Assembly: GCA_020832825.1 (NCBI GenBank)
Contig: JAJHRL010000001.1
Coordinates: forward strand, 1 to 61,445
From: Candidatus Aenigmatarchaeota archaeon
Lineage (GTDB): Archaea; Aenigmatarchaeota; Aenigmatarchaeia; CG10238-14; SpSt-28
DNA: 61,445 nt
Direction of reading: 5' to 3'
Shown here: piece after piece, positions 16,053 through 23,825 of the stretch
Layout: each line of letters begins with the position of its first letter
Numbering within the stretch: the stretch's first letter is position 1
Notes under the pieces: model-generated
The model's input: the letters and a program-made list of their open reading frames with translations, nothing else
The model's database searches: none
What the model was told of the DNA's origin: nothing
Program-made: the position numbers and the translations under genes

Positions 16053-16126
16053 AGCCCACCGGTTTTCTTCATATCTCAGATCTCGATAACTCGAGACCGG
16101 TGCCATACCAGTTAGGCGACCCCGGC
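16018..16126 (-). tRNA. tRNA-Ser (CGA) with a 25-nt canonical (37/38) intron
   Basis: Acceptor GCCGGGG/CCCCGGC, discriminator G, anticodon stem CCGGT/ACCGG, loop CT-CGA-G[intron 16065-16089]A. Long variable arm GGGC-TTTAC-GCCC and T arm GTGGG-TTCGAAT-CCCAC. Confidence 0.85.
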
Positions 16127-16152
16127 TCATAATAAGTTATTATTAGCAAAAT

Positions 16153-16830
16153 TTAGAAAACTTCGGTTCCCGAATGTTTACCTTCTATTGCTTTTACTAT
16201 TTCTTTCGGATTTCTACCATCAATTACTATGAGTTTTATTCTCTTTTCTTTCAAGAGCTTTGCTGCTTTTAAGTCGAAAAGCCTATATTCTCCTGGTTTT
16301 TGTGGATTCTTAGAAATTATTTTTATAAATTCATCATAGCTTAACCTATCAAACTTCTTTGCATCTGTAAACTTATTCGGATCTTTATCATAAATTCCAT
16401 CCACATTTGTAGCGTTAACAACAAGATCAGCATTAACTAGAGAAGCAAAGTAAGCCGAATCAAAATCTGTAGAACAGCCAATATCATACCCGGCGCAAAC
16501 AAGAACTTTCTTTCCAAAATATTTCTTGACTTCTTTTGAAGCTTCCTTTAAACTCTTCCATTTAACAAGGTAGGAATTTTTTATTAATGTAGAAAACGTT
16601 GCAGCGTTTATGTGAGTTGCCATTATTCCTATAAAATCAAGCATTTCATTACTTGCTTTAGCTTTTCTAGCTATGCTTTGATAAGTTCTTGCTGTTGTTC
16701 CACCGCCACAAACAACGATAACTTTATGCTTTTTTGAAATTTTGTTAATTACATCTGCATACTTCTTAAAATTTTTATAACTCAGCTCTCTTGTAAGTAA
16801 GGAGCCGCCAATTGAAATCACAACCTTCAT
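16153..16830 (-). CDS. pyrH: Uridylate (UMP) kinase, archaeal type
   Basis: MKVVISIGGSLL amino-acid-kinase N-terminus, VVCGGG, and NATNVDGIYDKDPNK. The track ORF begins 12 codons upstream. Confidence 0.88.
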   Translation of the reverse strand: MKVVISIGGSLLTRELSYKNFKKYADVINKISKKHKVIVVCGGGTTARTYQSIARKAKASNEMLDFIGIMATHINAATFSTLIKNSYLVKWKSLKEASKEVKKYFGKKVLVCAGYDIGCSTDFDSAYFASLVNADLVVNATNVDGIYDKDPNKFTDAKKFDRLSYDEFIKIISKNPQKPGEYRLFDLKAAKLLKEKRIKLIVIDGRNPKEIVKAIEGKHSGTEVF

Positions 16831-16866
16831 TTTATTTCTATTTTCTCGAATAAAAATTTTTATCAA

Positions 16867-17444
16867 CTAATTAAAGTACCTCTTTAGCCACTGTAATGTA
16901 ATTCTAATAACACGCATTTTTACACTTTCTCCACTAAATGTGTGGTATAAATCTTTTATTATTACAATCTTTTTTGAAATTTGATTTTTTTGTAAAACTT
17001 TATTCCTTCGGAAGGTAGAACCAAACCATCTGATTCTCCATAAATAAATAAAGTTGGTATCTTTATTCTTTTGCAAATTTTTGATACTTTGCTATTATCT
17101 ACTTCTGGATATTTTTCTGAAACTTGTGTAATAACAGCATCTAAATCTTTTAACATTGAAGTTATGGTTTGGTCTTCAAATCTTCCTTCAGAGTCTCCAC
17201 TGCCTCTAAAATCAAACCTTAAAACAGCAAACCCATTTTTAGAAAACTCTCTAGCGGCTTTCACGAAGAATGCACCCCAAGTACCTAGTTTATTTGCACT
17301 CCATCCACGCATTAATATGACTAAAGGAACCTTTCTCCTTTCCCTTGGAAGATGAAGAATTCCAACTATTTGCTGGTTTTCACACTTAAACGTTAATGGA
17401 ATCTCATTGCTCCACTCTTCATAATTTCTAATATTTAAGTTCAA
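16867..17444 (-). pseudogene. Decayed alpha/beta-hydrolase (internal deletion plus frameshift)
   Basis: The N-terminal part is normal (PLVILMRGW.., FDFRGSGDSEG). The GxSxG nucleophile segment is absent between EVDNSKV and IKIPTLFIYGESD. The C-terminal His segment (KKIVIIKDLYHTF..WLKRY) is in another frame (ORF 16867..17076). Confidence 0.6.
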
Positions 17445-17452
17445 CTTAAATT

Positions 17453-17866
17453 ATGAAGATTTTCCAAAAAGAGATAAAAGTTAGGACAAAAGGAGCGAAC
17501 GATTTTATTGATATTACTGAAAAAATTGAAGAAATTGTTAGAGAGACGAAAGTTAAGAACGGAATTGCAGCTTTGAATTCTTTACACAATACTGCTTGTT
17601 TGATAATACAAGAAAACGATGGAACAATTTTCGAAGATATGAAAAAACTATTTGATAAGATTTTGCCCTTAAATGAAAAATATAGCCATAGCTATGAAGG
17701 AAGTTTAAATGCAACAGCTCACTTAAAATCAAATTTGCTATCTCAATCAATAACACTTCCAATAAAGAATGGAAATCTTGTACTTGGAACATGGCAAAGA
17801 ATAATATTTGTTGAGCTTTTTGAGCCAAGAGAAAGAACGGTTTTTGTTACAATATTGGGTGAGTGA
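17453..17866 (+). CDS. YjbQ/UPF0047 family protein
   Basis: Typical YjbQ length and motifs (FIDIT.., HTTA-like NSLHNTACLIIQEN, GTWQRI..VE). Its stop abuts the next ATG (TGAATG). Confidence 0.75.
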   Translation: MKIFQKEIKVRTKGANDFIDITEKIEEIVRETKVKNGIAALNSLHNTACLIIQENDGTIFEDMKKLFDKILPLNEKYSHSYEGSLNATAHLKSNLLSQSITLPIKNGNLVLGTWQRIIFVELFEPRERTVFVTILGE

Positions 17867-19390
17867 ATGCAGTTAAAAAATATAGAGCTAAGAGAATATC
17901 AAAAAAACATAGCCAATACTTGCTTGAAAGGAAATACTTTAGTCGTTTTGCCAACTGGTTTAGGTAAAACTATAATTGCAATTTACGTTGCAGTTAAAAG
18001 AATAGAACAATTTCCAGACGGTAAGATATTGTTCATGGCCCCTACTAGACCGCTAAATGCACAGCATGTTAGATCTTTTCTTCAATTTACAGATTTAAGT
18101 AACGAGGAGGTGGTTTTACTAACAGGAAAAACAAAGCCAGAAAAAAGAATTGAATTATACAAAAAAGCGAGAGTAATAGTTGCTACTCCACAAACGATAG
18201 CAAACGATTTAAAAGAAAATAGAATACATCTAGAAAATTTCGTTCTTGCGGTTTTTGATGAGGCACATAGAGCCGTTAAAGATTATTCATACACCGAAGT
18301 TGCAAAAGCGTATTTGATACAATCAAAAAATCCGTTGATAATTGGTCTAACAGCTTCTCCAGGTGGAGAAGAGGAAAGAATAAATGAAGTAATGAAAAAC
18401 CTTTTTATCAAGTTTGTTGAGATAAGAACAGAGAATGATCCAGACGTAAGACCTTATGTCAAGGAAATTGAAAGAGAATATGTCTATGTTGAATTGCCTC
18501 CGGACTTAGAGGAAATAAGAAAGAAACTGCTTGAAGTTTACGATGAAATTTTAGAATGGCTAAAAGAACACATGTTCATAAAATCTAAAGATGTTAAGAA
18601 AAAAGAGCTATTGAACCTTCAAAATTCATTGATAGCTAGTTATGAGAGAGGAATGGAAAATCCGATAAACATTTGGGGAATGATAAAAGTTTCGCAAGCT
18701 TTGAAAGTATTATATGCTATAGAACTTCTTGAAACACAAGAAATAAGCGTTTTTGCAGAGTATTTGAGAGAACTTCAAGCTAGCAAAAAAAGAGCTGAAA
18801 AACTTTTGATAACTCACAAGAATTTGAGAGAGATTTTCAGCAGATTAGATGAGATAGAGAAAAAGTATAAAGTACATCCTAAAATGGAGAAATTGCTTTC
18901 GGTAATAAAAGCTATTTTAAGAGAGAATGAAAAAAATAGGGCTATAGTTTTTGCAAATTATAGAGATACTGTCGAAAAAATAAAAAATTTTCTTCTTGAA
19001 AATGGAATAAAATCTGAAATGTTAATAGGTCAAGCAAGAAAGCGTGGAAAAGGCTTAAGTCAAAAAGAGCAAATTGAGATCGTAAGAAGATTTGCCAATG
19101 GTGAATTTAACGTGTTAGTTTGTTCTAGCATTGGTGAGGAAGGACTTGACATAGCTTCTGTAAATTATGCTATATTCTATGATGCTGTTCCAAGTGAGAT
19201 AAGGGCAATTCAAAGGAGAGGTAGGGTTGGCCGCCAAGCAGAGGGTAAAGTGATCTTTATTCTAACAAGAGGAAGCAGGGATCAGGCTTATTTCTTTTCT
19301 TCCTTAATGAAGGAGAAAAAAATGAAAAAAATGTTGAAAAACATGAAAGTTGTAAGAAGGAAAGGAAGTTTAATAGAATGGTTGAAGTGA
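17867..19390 (+). CDS. hef: Hef/FANCM-type SF2 helicase (helicase part only)
   Basis: LVVLPTGLGKT (Walker A), VFDEAHRA (DEAH), GLTASPG, and helicase-C QRRGRVGR, with an inserted helical domain between the RecA lobes. Confidence 0.85.
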   Translation: MQLKNIELREYQKNIANTCLKGNTLVVLPTGLGKTIIAIYVAVKRIEQFPDGKILFMAPTRPLNAQHVRSFLQFTDLSNEEVVLLTGKTKPEKRIELYKKARVIVATPQTIANDLKENRIHLENFVLAVFDEAHRAVKDYSYTEVAKAYLIQSKNPLIIGLTASPGGEEERINEVMKNLFIKFVEIRTENDPDVRPYVKEIEREYVYVELPPDLEEIRKKLLEVYDEILEWLKEHMFIKSKDVKKKELLNLQNSLIASYERGMENPINIWGMIKVSQALKVLYAIELLETQEISVFAEYLRELQASKKRAEKLLITHKNLREIFSRLDEIEKKYKVHPKMEKLLSVIKAILRENEKNRAIVFANYRDTVEKIKNFLLENGIKSEMLIGQARKRGKGLSQKEQIEIVRRFANGEFNVLVCSSIGEEGLDIASVNYAIFYDAVPSEIRAIQRRGRVGRQAEGKVIFILTRGSRDQAYFFSSLMKEKKMKKMLKNMKVVRRKGSLIEWLK

Positions 19391-19394
19391 TTTT

Positions 19395-20048
19395 ATGGAA
19401 AAGCAACTTAGCCTAGCAACGAATGCTATTTTAGTAGATTATAGGGAAGAAAAAATTGCCAAACTGCTTGAAGAGATGAAATGTAAAGTAGTGAGAGTTA
19501 GCCTGCCAATTGGAGATTTTGTAATAAATGAAATTGGGATTGAAAGAAAAAGCATCGATGATTTCGAATCTTCGATAATAGATGGAAGAATTTTTGAGCA
19601 AGCCGGCTTGCTGTCCTCCTCGTATCACAAACCAGTTATAATAGTTGAGGGTTTCAGATCCCCAAATAGGATTCACGAAAATTCGTTCTATGCTACCATA
19701 GCATACTTACTTTCAACAGTCAATGTTACAATTCTCAGAACAAGAGATGAAAAAGAAACAGCAAAGATTATTTTTTGGTTAGCGAGAAAGGAGTTCGAGG
19801 AAGATAGAGTAGCAGGATACAAAGTAAGAGAAAAAAAGCTTTCTCTAAGAAATATTCAAGAAAGAATAGTAGCGGCATTTCCAGGGATTTCAACCGTGTT
19901 AAGCAAGAGAATACTTCGAAAATTTAAAACTTTGCGGAAATTCTTTAATGCAACCGAGAAAGAATTAATGGAAGTTGATGGTATAGGGGAGAAACTTGCG
20001 AGAAGAATTAGAAGAATAATAGAAGAAGAATATCAGGTGGTAGATTGA
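19395..20048 (+). CDS. XPF/ERCC4-type nuclease with C-terminal (HhH)2 (Hef nuclease part as a separate gene)
   Basis: ILVDYREE, GDFVI, IERKSIDDFESSIIDGRIFEQ (ERK motif), and C-terminal ELMEVDGIGEKLARRI HhH. Confidence 0.85.
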   Translation: MEKQLSLATNAILVDYREEKIAKLLEEMKCKVVRVSLPIGDFVINEIGIERKSIDDFESSIIDGRIFEQAGLLSSSYHKPVIIVEGFRSPNRIHENSFYATIAYLLSTVNVTILRTRDEKETAKIIFWLARKEFEEDRVAGYKVREKKLSLRNIQERIVAAFPGISTVLSKRILRKFKTLRKFFNATEKELMEVDGIGEKLARRIRRIIEEEYQVVD

Positions 20049-21076
20049 GAAATGTAATAGTTGGCATAGATGCTGGATTGAACTCCGGAGTTGCCATACT
20101 CTCTACAGAGGGGGAACTCCTCTTGCTTAACACTTTTAGGGGGTATAATAGAGGTACAATAATAAGGGAGATTTTAAAGATTGGTAGGCCAATCCTTTTA
20201 GCGACAGATAGAAAGAAGGCTCCGAAAGCAATAAAAGAGCTGGCAAGTTCTTTTGGCTGTAGAATTTTGCGACCAAAAAGAGATTTAAATAGGGAAGAGA
20301 AAGAAGAAATAACAATAGGATATAAGGAGAAGATAAAAGATGATCATCAACTCGATGCCTTATCTTCTGCACTTTATGCTTATAGGAAAGTAAAAAGAAA
20401 AATAGAAACAGTTAAACACTTTTTAACAAAAAAAGGATTAATGGAATATTTTGATGAAGCTCTTTATTATCTCTTTAAACTTAGAGATGTGAACTTAGAA
20501 TGGATAATAAATGAACTTGCTAAAGAGGAAAAAGAAGAGGAAATTGTTCAAAAGAAAGAGAAAAAGAAAGAAGGATTTGTAGAACTTTTTAAAGAGAGGA
20601 TTGAGTTAGAAAAGGAATTAGAAAGGCTAAGAAAAGAGTTAAACTCTTACAGGAAATTGAAGTTACAGTTTGATGAGTTATTGAAATATAAAGATGGTTT
20701 TGAAAAATTGAGTCACTATTTTGAGATTATTAAGAGCATGGAAAAAGCTAGGGGCTTAGGATTAGTACCAGTTTTGCCTCTTGAAAAGATAGAAAACTTG
20801 GAAGAACTTGATAGCCATTTATGCCTTGAGGGAAGAGTTGTTTTCTCAAATGATACTTCTGGATTCAAGCTTCTAAACAACTACGGGATAAAATGTCTCC
20901 TTACAGAGGTTTCATTCGAGGGAAAAACAAAATATCCTGTATTAAAGATAGAAAAAGGTGAACTAAAGAAAATAGGAAATATTTACGCTATAGAGGAGAA
21001 GACACTTGATGAAAAATTAAAAGAAGTAATGAAGGAGGAGATTAGGAGATGGATAGAAGAGGAAAGAGAGAGATAA
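20045..21076 (+). CDS. DUF460 protein (predicted RNase H/RuvC-fold nuclease, COG2433-like)
   Basis: N-terminus VIVGIDAGLNSGVAIL...LLATDRKKAP..DDHQLDALSSALYAY resembles the RNase-H-like DUF460 signature. Central coiled coil. TTG start overlaps the preceding stop. Confidence 0.6.
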   Translation: MRNVIVGIDAGLNSGVAILSTEGELLLLNTFRGYNRGTIIREILKIGRPILLATDRKKAPKAIKELASSFGCRILRPKRDLNREEKEEITIGYKEKIKDDHQLDALSSALYAYRKVKRKIETVKHFLTKKGLMEYFDEALYYLFKLRDVNLEWIINELAKEEKEEEIVQKKEKKKEGFVELFKERIELEKELERLRKELNSYRKLKLQFDELLKYKDGFEKLSHYFEIIKSMEKARGLGLVPVLPLEKIENLEELDSHLCLEGRVVFSNDTSGFKLLNNYGIKCLLTEVSFEGKTKYPVLKIEKGELKKIGNIYAIEEKTLDEKLKEVMKEEIRRWIEEERER

Positions 21077-21597
21077 TAATATCGCTTTTGGATTTTGTCG
21101 TGACTTTGAATTTACTTTCACTTCCATTTTACTTGATTCTTCACTTCAAGCTAGAGTGGCGTTATTTAAAAATTGTTGAGGCTTTTCTTGTTTCTAAAAT
21201 TCTAAGAATTATCGGATTAAACTCGTCCACAATTGAAAATCTAATAGTAATCGGCGACAGATTTTATGAAGTTTCTTGGGATTCCACAGGCTGGAAAAGC
21301 CTTTACGTGTTTTTTTCCCTGGTAGTTTCCCTTCCCGTTTCTTTTAGAAAGAAAATAAAACCTTTAGCAGTTTGCCTTACGTTGATATTTATTTTCAATT
21401 TGGCTAGACTTGTTATCACAATCTACCTTTCATATTTATATCCGCAATCCTTCGACTTCCTTCATCTTGGATTATGGAGGTGGGGATCTTTAATGTTTCT
21501 ACTCCTACTTTGGTTTATATTTCTCTATTTCCAAAAAAATAATATTGGAGAAGCCAAAAATGTTGTAGGTCTCATGTATGGTCGAAGAAAATCTTAA
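21049..21597 (+). CDS. Small exosortase/archaeosortase-family-like membrane protein
   Basis: Polytopic hydrophobic protein. VSWDSTGWKSLYVF aligns by eye to the family's ..C-S-G..s motif (Ser where Cys is expected), followed by FNLARLV (Arg) and FLHLGLW (His). Confidence 0.45.
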   Translation: MDRRGKREIIISLLDFVVTLNLLSLPFYLILHFKLEWRYLKIVEAFLVSKILRIIGLNSSTIENLIVIGDRFYEVSWDSTGWKSLYVFFSLVVSLPVSFRKKIKPLAVCLTLIFIFNLARLVITIYLSYLYPQSFDFLHLGLWRWGSLMFLLLLWFIFLYFQKNNIGEAKNVVGLMYGRRKS

Positions 21598-23032
21598 GTT
21601 AAAGTTGCTTGAATTAGAAAAAAGGTTTGTTGAATTAGAAATGAATGTTTCTAAAATAACTGAAATGCTGAAAAAACTCGAATCGGTAAAAGTAGACGAG
21701 ATACTTGAAAGATTTGAGGAGATAGAAGATTTAGTAATGATAGAGAATGCTGCAGTAACTGAGCTAAAAGAGTTATTAGAAAGGAATGATACGGCTGAGC
21801 TAAAAAAGGATGTAGAGGAAACAAAGAGATACTTTGAAGAAAAGATAACTAATCTAAACTCTTCTCTTTCCACTTGTTTGAACGAAATTAGAGAGACTGT
21901 TAACAAATCAGTTGCGGATCTCCAAAAATTAAAGGAAATAGAAAAGAAAATAGGAGAAATTGAAGCTCAGCTGTCTTCCTTTCAGAGATTATTAGAAGAG
22001 GAAGAGGTATTAAAAGGTCTTGGGATGATTGTAAAGAATCATGATGAGGTTTTAGAAAGTGTTAAGAAGGAAATAGAAGATATAAGGAAGATAAAGGAGA
22101 AAATAGAGGAAGAGTTAAGTAAAAGGATACCATCAACTTTACTAGAGGATTTTGTTAAACTTGGAAATGAAGTTTCACTACTAAAAGTTAATATTTCATC
22201 ACTTTCTAAGCAGGCAGAAGAGATGTACAGGGAGATAAAGCTATTAAAACCAGAAATGATTAGAGAAGCAATAGCTAAGATGAGCGAACTAAAAATTGAA
22301 ACAGAGGAAAGAATCAAAGAAATAAACGAAATTGTTGCATCTATCTCTTCACAAAGAGACGAAATAAGAAAGATAGGGGCAATAGAAGCCAAGATTGGTA
22401 TTGTAGAAAAAAAGATTAATGAAATATCAGCAGAAATGGAAATTTTAAGGAACTCTCTTTCACTTTTCTCCAGCAGGAAAGATTTAGAAAATCTAAAGGA
22501 AGAAGTCGAAAACCTTTCCGCAACGCTAAAGCTCTTTGAGAAAGAGTCTGTAAAAAAAGAAGAAATTAGTACATATTCAAGAGAGCTTTCTTCGTTAAAA
22601 GAAGATTTTAATAAAATAAGATCTTCCTTAGAAAAACTCAACTTCGAAATCGAAATGACTAAAAACTCTATTCAAGCTATAAGCATGAATATAGAAGGGA
22701 AAAAAGTGGCTACAAAAGATGATATAGAAAACATAAAAAGAAAATTCGTAAATCTGGAAGATTTCTCTTCATTACTCTTAGATTTTAGAAAACTACAAGA
22801 TGAATTTGAGAAATGTAGGATGAATTTGTTAAGTAGTGTAAGTAGAGAAGAAGTACAAACACTACTTAAGGAAATAGAAAATATAAAAGGCGAAATAGAA
22901 AGGATGAAAAAAGAGCTAATTTCACATGAAATTATACAGCAGATTGCAAATAAACTTTCATTACTAGAAGTTAGAATAAGCGAGTTAGAGAAAGAACTTG
23001 AGGCAAAACCACGTCCGGTTATCCTGGAATGA
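21578..23032 (+). CDS. Long coiled-coil protein (E/K/L/I-rich)
   Basis: 484 aa of almost uninterrupted heptad-like sequence with no enzymatic motif. Its start overlaps the preceding gene by 20 nt. Confidence 0.6.
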   Translation: MVEENLKLKLLELEKRFVELEMNVSKITEMLKKLESVKVDEILERFEEIEDLVMIENAAVTELKELLERNDTAELKKDVEETKRYFEEKITNLNSSLSTCLNEIRETVNKSVADLQKLKEIEKKIGEIEAQLSSFQRLLEEEEVLKGLGMIVKNHDEVLESVKKEIEDIRKIKEKIEEELSKRIPSTLLEDFVKLGNEVSLLKVNISSLSKQAEEMYREIKLLKPEMIREAIAKMSELKIETEERIKEINEIVASISSQRDEIRKIGAIEAKIGIVEKKINEISAEMEILRNSLSLFSSRKDLENLKEEVENLSATLKLFEKESVKKEEISTYSRELSSLKEDFNKIRSSLEKLNFEIEMTKNSIQAISMNIEGKKVATKDDIENIKRKFVNLEDFSSLLLDFRKLQDEFEKCRMNLLSSVSREEVQTLLKEIENIKGEIERMKKELISHEIIQQIANKLSLLEVRISELEKELEAKPRPVILE

Positions 23033-23048
23033 TTCAAATTACTAGTGT

Positions 23049-23822
23049 CTAAATAATCTTAAATTTTCCCTTTAAAAACTCAATTAATCCTTTTTTTATC
23101 TCATTCAAAAATCCAACTTTTTTTATCTCTTCCACACCAAAAAGTTTGTTCGCTAGTCTTTTTATTGCGAGACTTGCTTTTGTTTCAGGAAAAATTTCAA
23201 TAAACGGTTTTCCAAGTGAAAGAGAATATTCGACATTTTCGTCGTAAGGAACGCATTCAACAACTTTAATTCCCGTTATAGCTTCTATCTCTCTTTTACT
23301 TAACTCATAGTTTTTCCCCTTTACCATGTTTACCACAATCCCTAATGTCTCAATATTCAGTTCGCTTACTATTTTCCTCATTCTTAGAATATCTGCAATT
23401 GAGCACATGAATGGAGTAGTTACTATAAGTACAGCATCGACTGAAGTTAGAACACTCATTGCTTCTCTTCCAAATCCTGGGGCAGAGTCCAAAAAAACAA
23501 ACTCAGATTTTATGTTTCGTATTGCTCTTGGTAATGCTGCTAAATCTATATAATTTAAATCCTCCAATCTCAATGAAGCAGGTACGATATTTAAATTCCT
23601 GTACTTATAGGTAACCTCCCATAACTCAGCTTCACCTCTTAACACATTATTTAAAGTTTTAACAAAGCCATAAAAACCGAAGTTAAAATTTAGATGCGAT
23701 GTCGTAACATTACAGTCTACAAGCGTAACATCTCGTCCCATCTGAGAAAGATAGTAACTCAAGTTAGAGGCAATGGTAGTTTTACCTACGCCTCCCTTAC
23801 CAGAAACAATTCCTACTATCAT
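23049..23822 (-). CDS. minD: MinD/ParA-family P-loop ATPase
   Basis: Deviant Walker A SGKGGVGKTTIASNL, and DSAPG. Confidence 0.85.
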   Translation of the reverse strand: MIVGIVSGKGGVGKTTIASNLSYYLSQMGRDVTLVDCNVTTSHLNFNFGFYGFVKTLNNVLRGEAELWEVTYKYRNLNIVPASLRLEDLNYIDLAALPRAIRNIKSEFVFLDSAPGFGREAMSVLTSVDAVLIVTTPFMCSIADILRMRKIVSELNIETLGIVVNMVKGKNYELSKREIEAITGIKVVECVPYDENVEYSLSLGKPFIEIFPETKASLAIKRLANKLFGVEEIKKVGFLNEIKKGLIEFLKGKFKII

Positions 23823-23825
23823 AGT

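Noticed and set aside
16867-17076. 69-aa minus ORF as an independent gene
   Set aside because: Its C-terminal half is the displaced His-containing end of the neighbouring alpha/beta-hydrolase. It is merged into one pseudogene call instead.
21505-23037. Minus-strand ORFs 21505..21906, 22039..22641 and 22672..23037 (S/F/I-rich)
   Set aside because: They are mirror-image translations of the E/K/L-rich coiled-coil gene on the + strand. Purine-rich sense strands generate long Ser/Phe-rich antisense ORFs.
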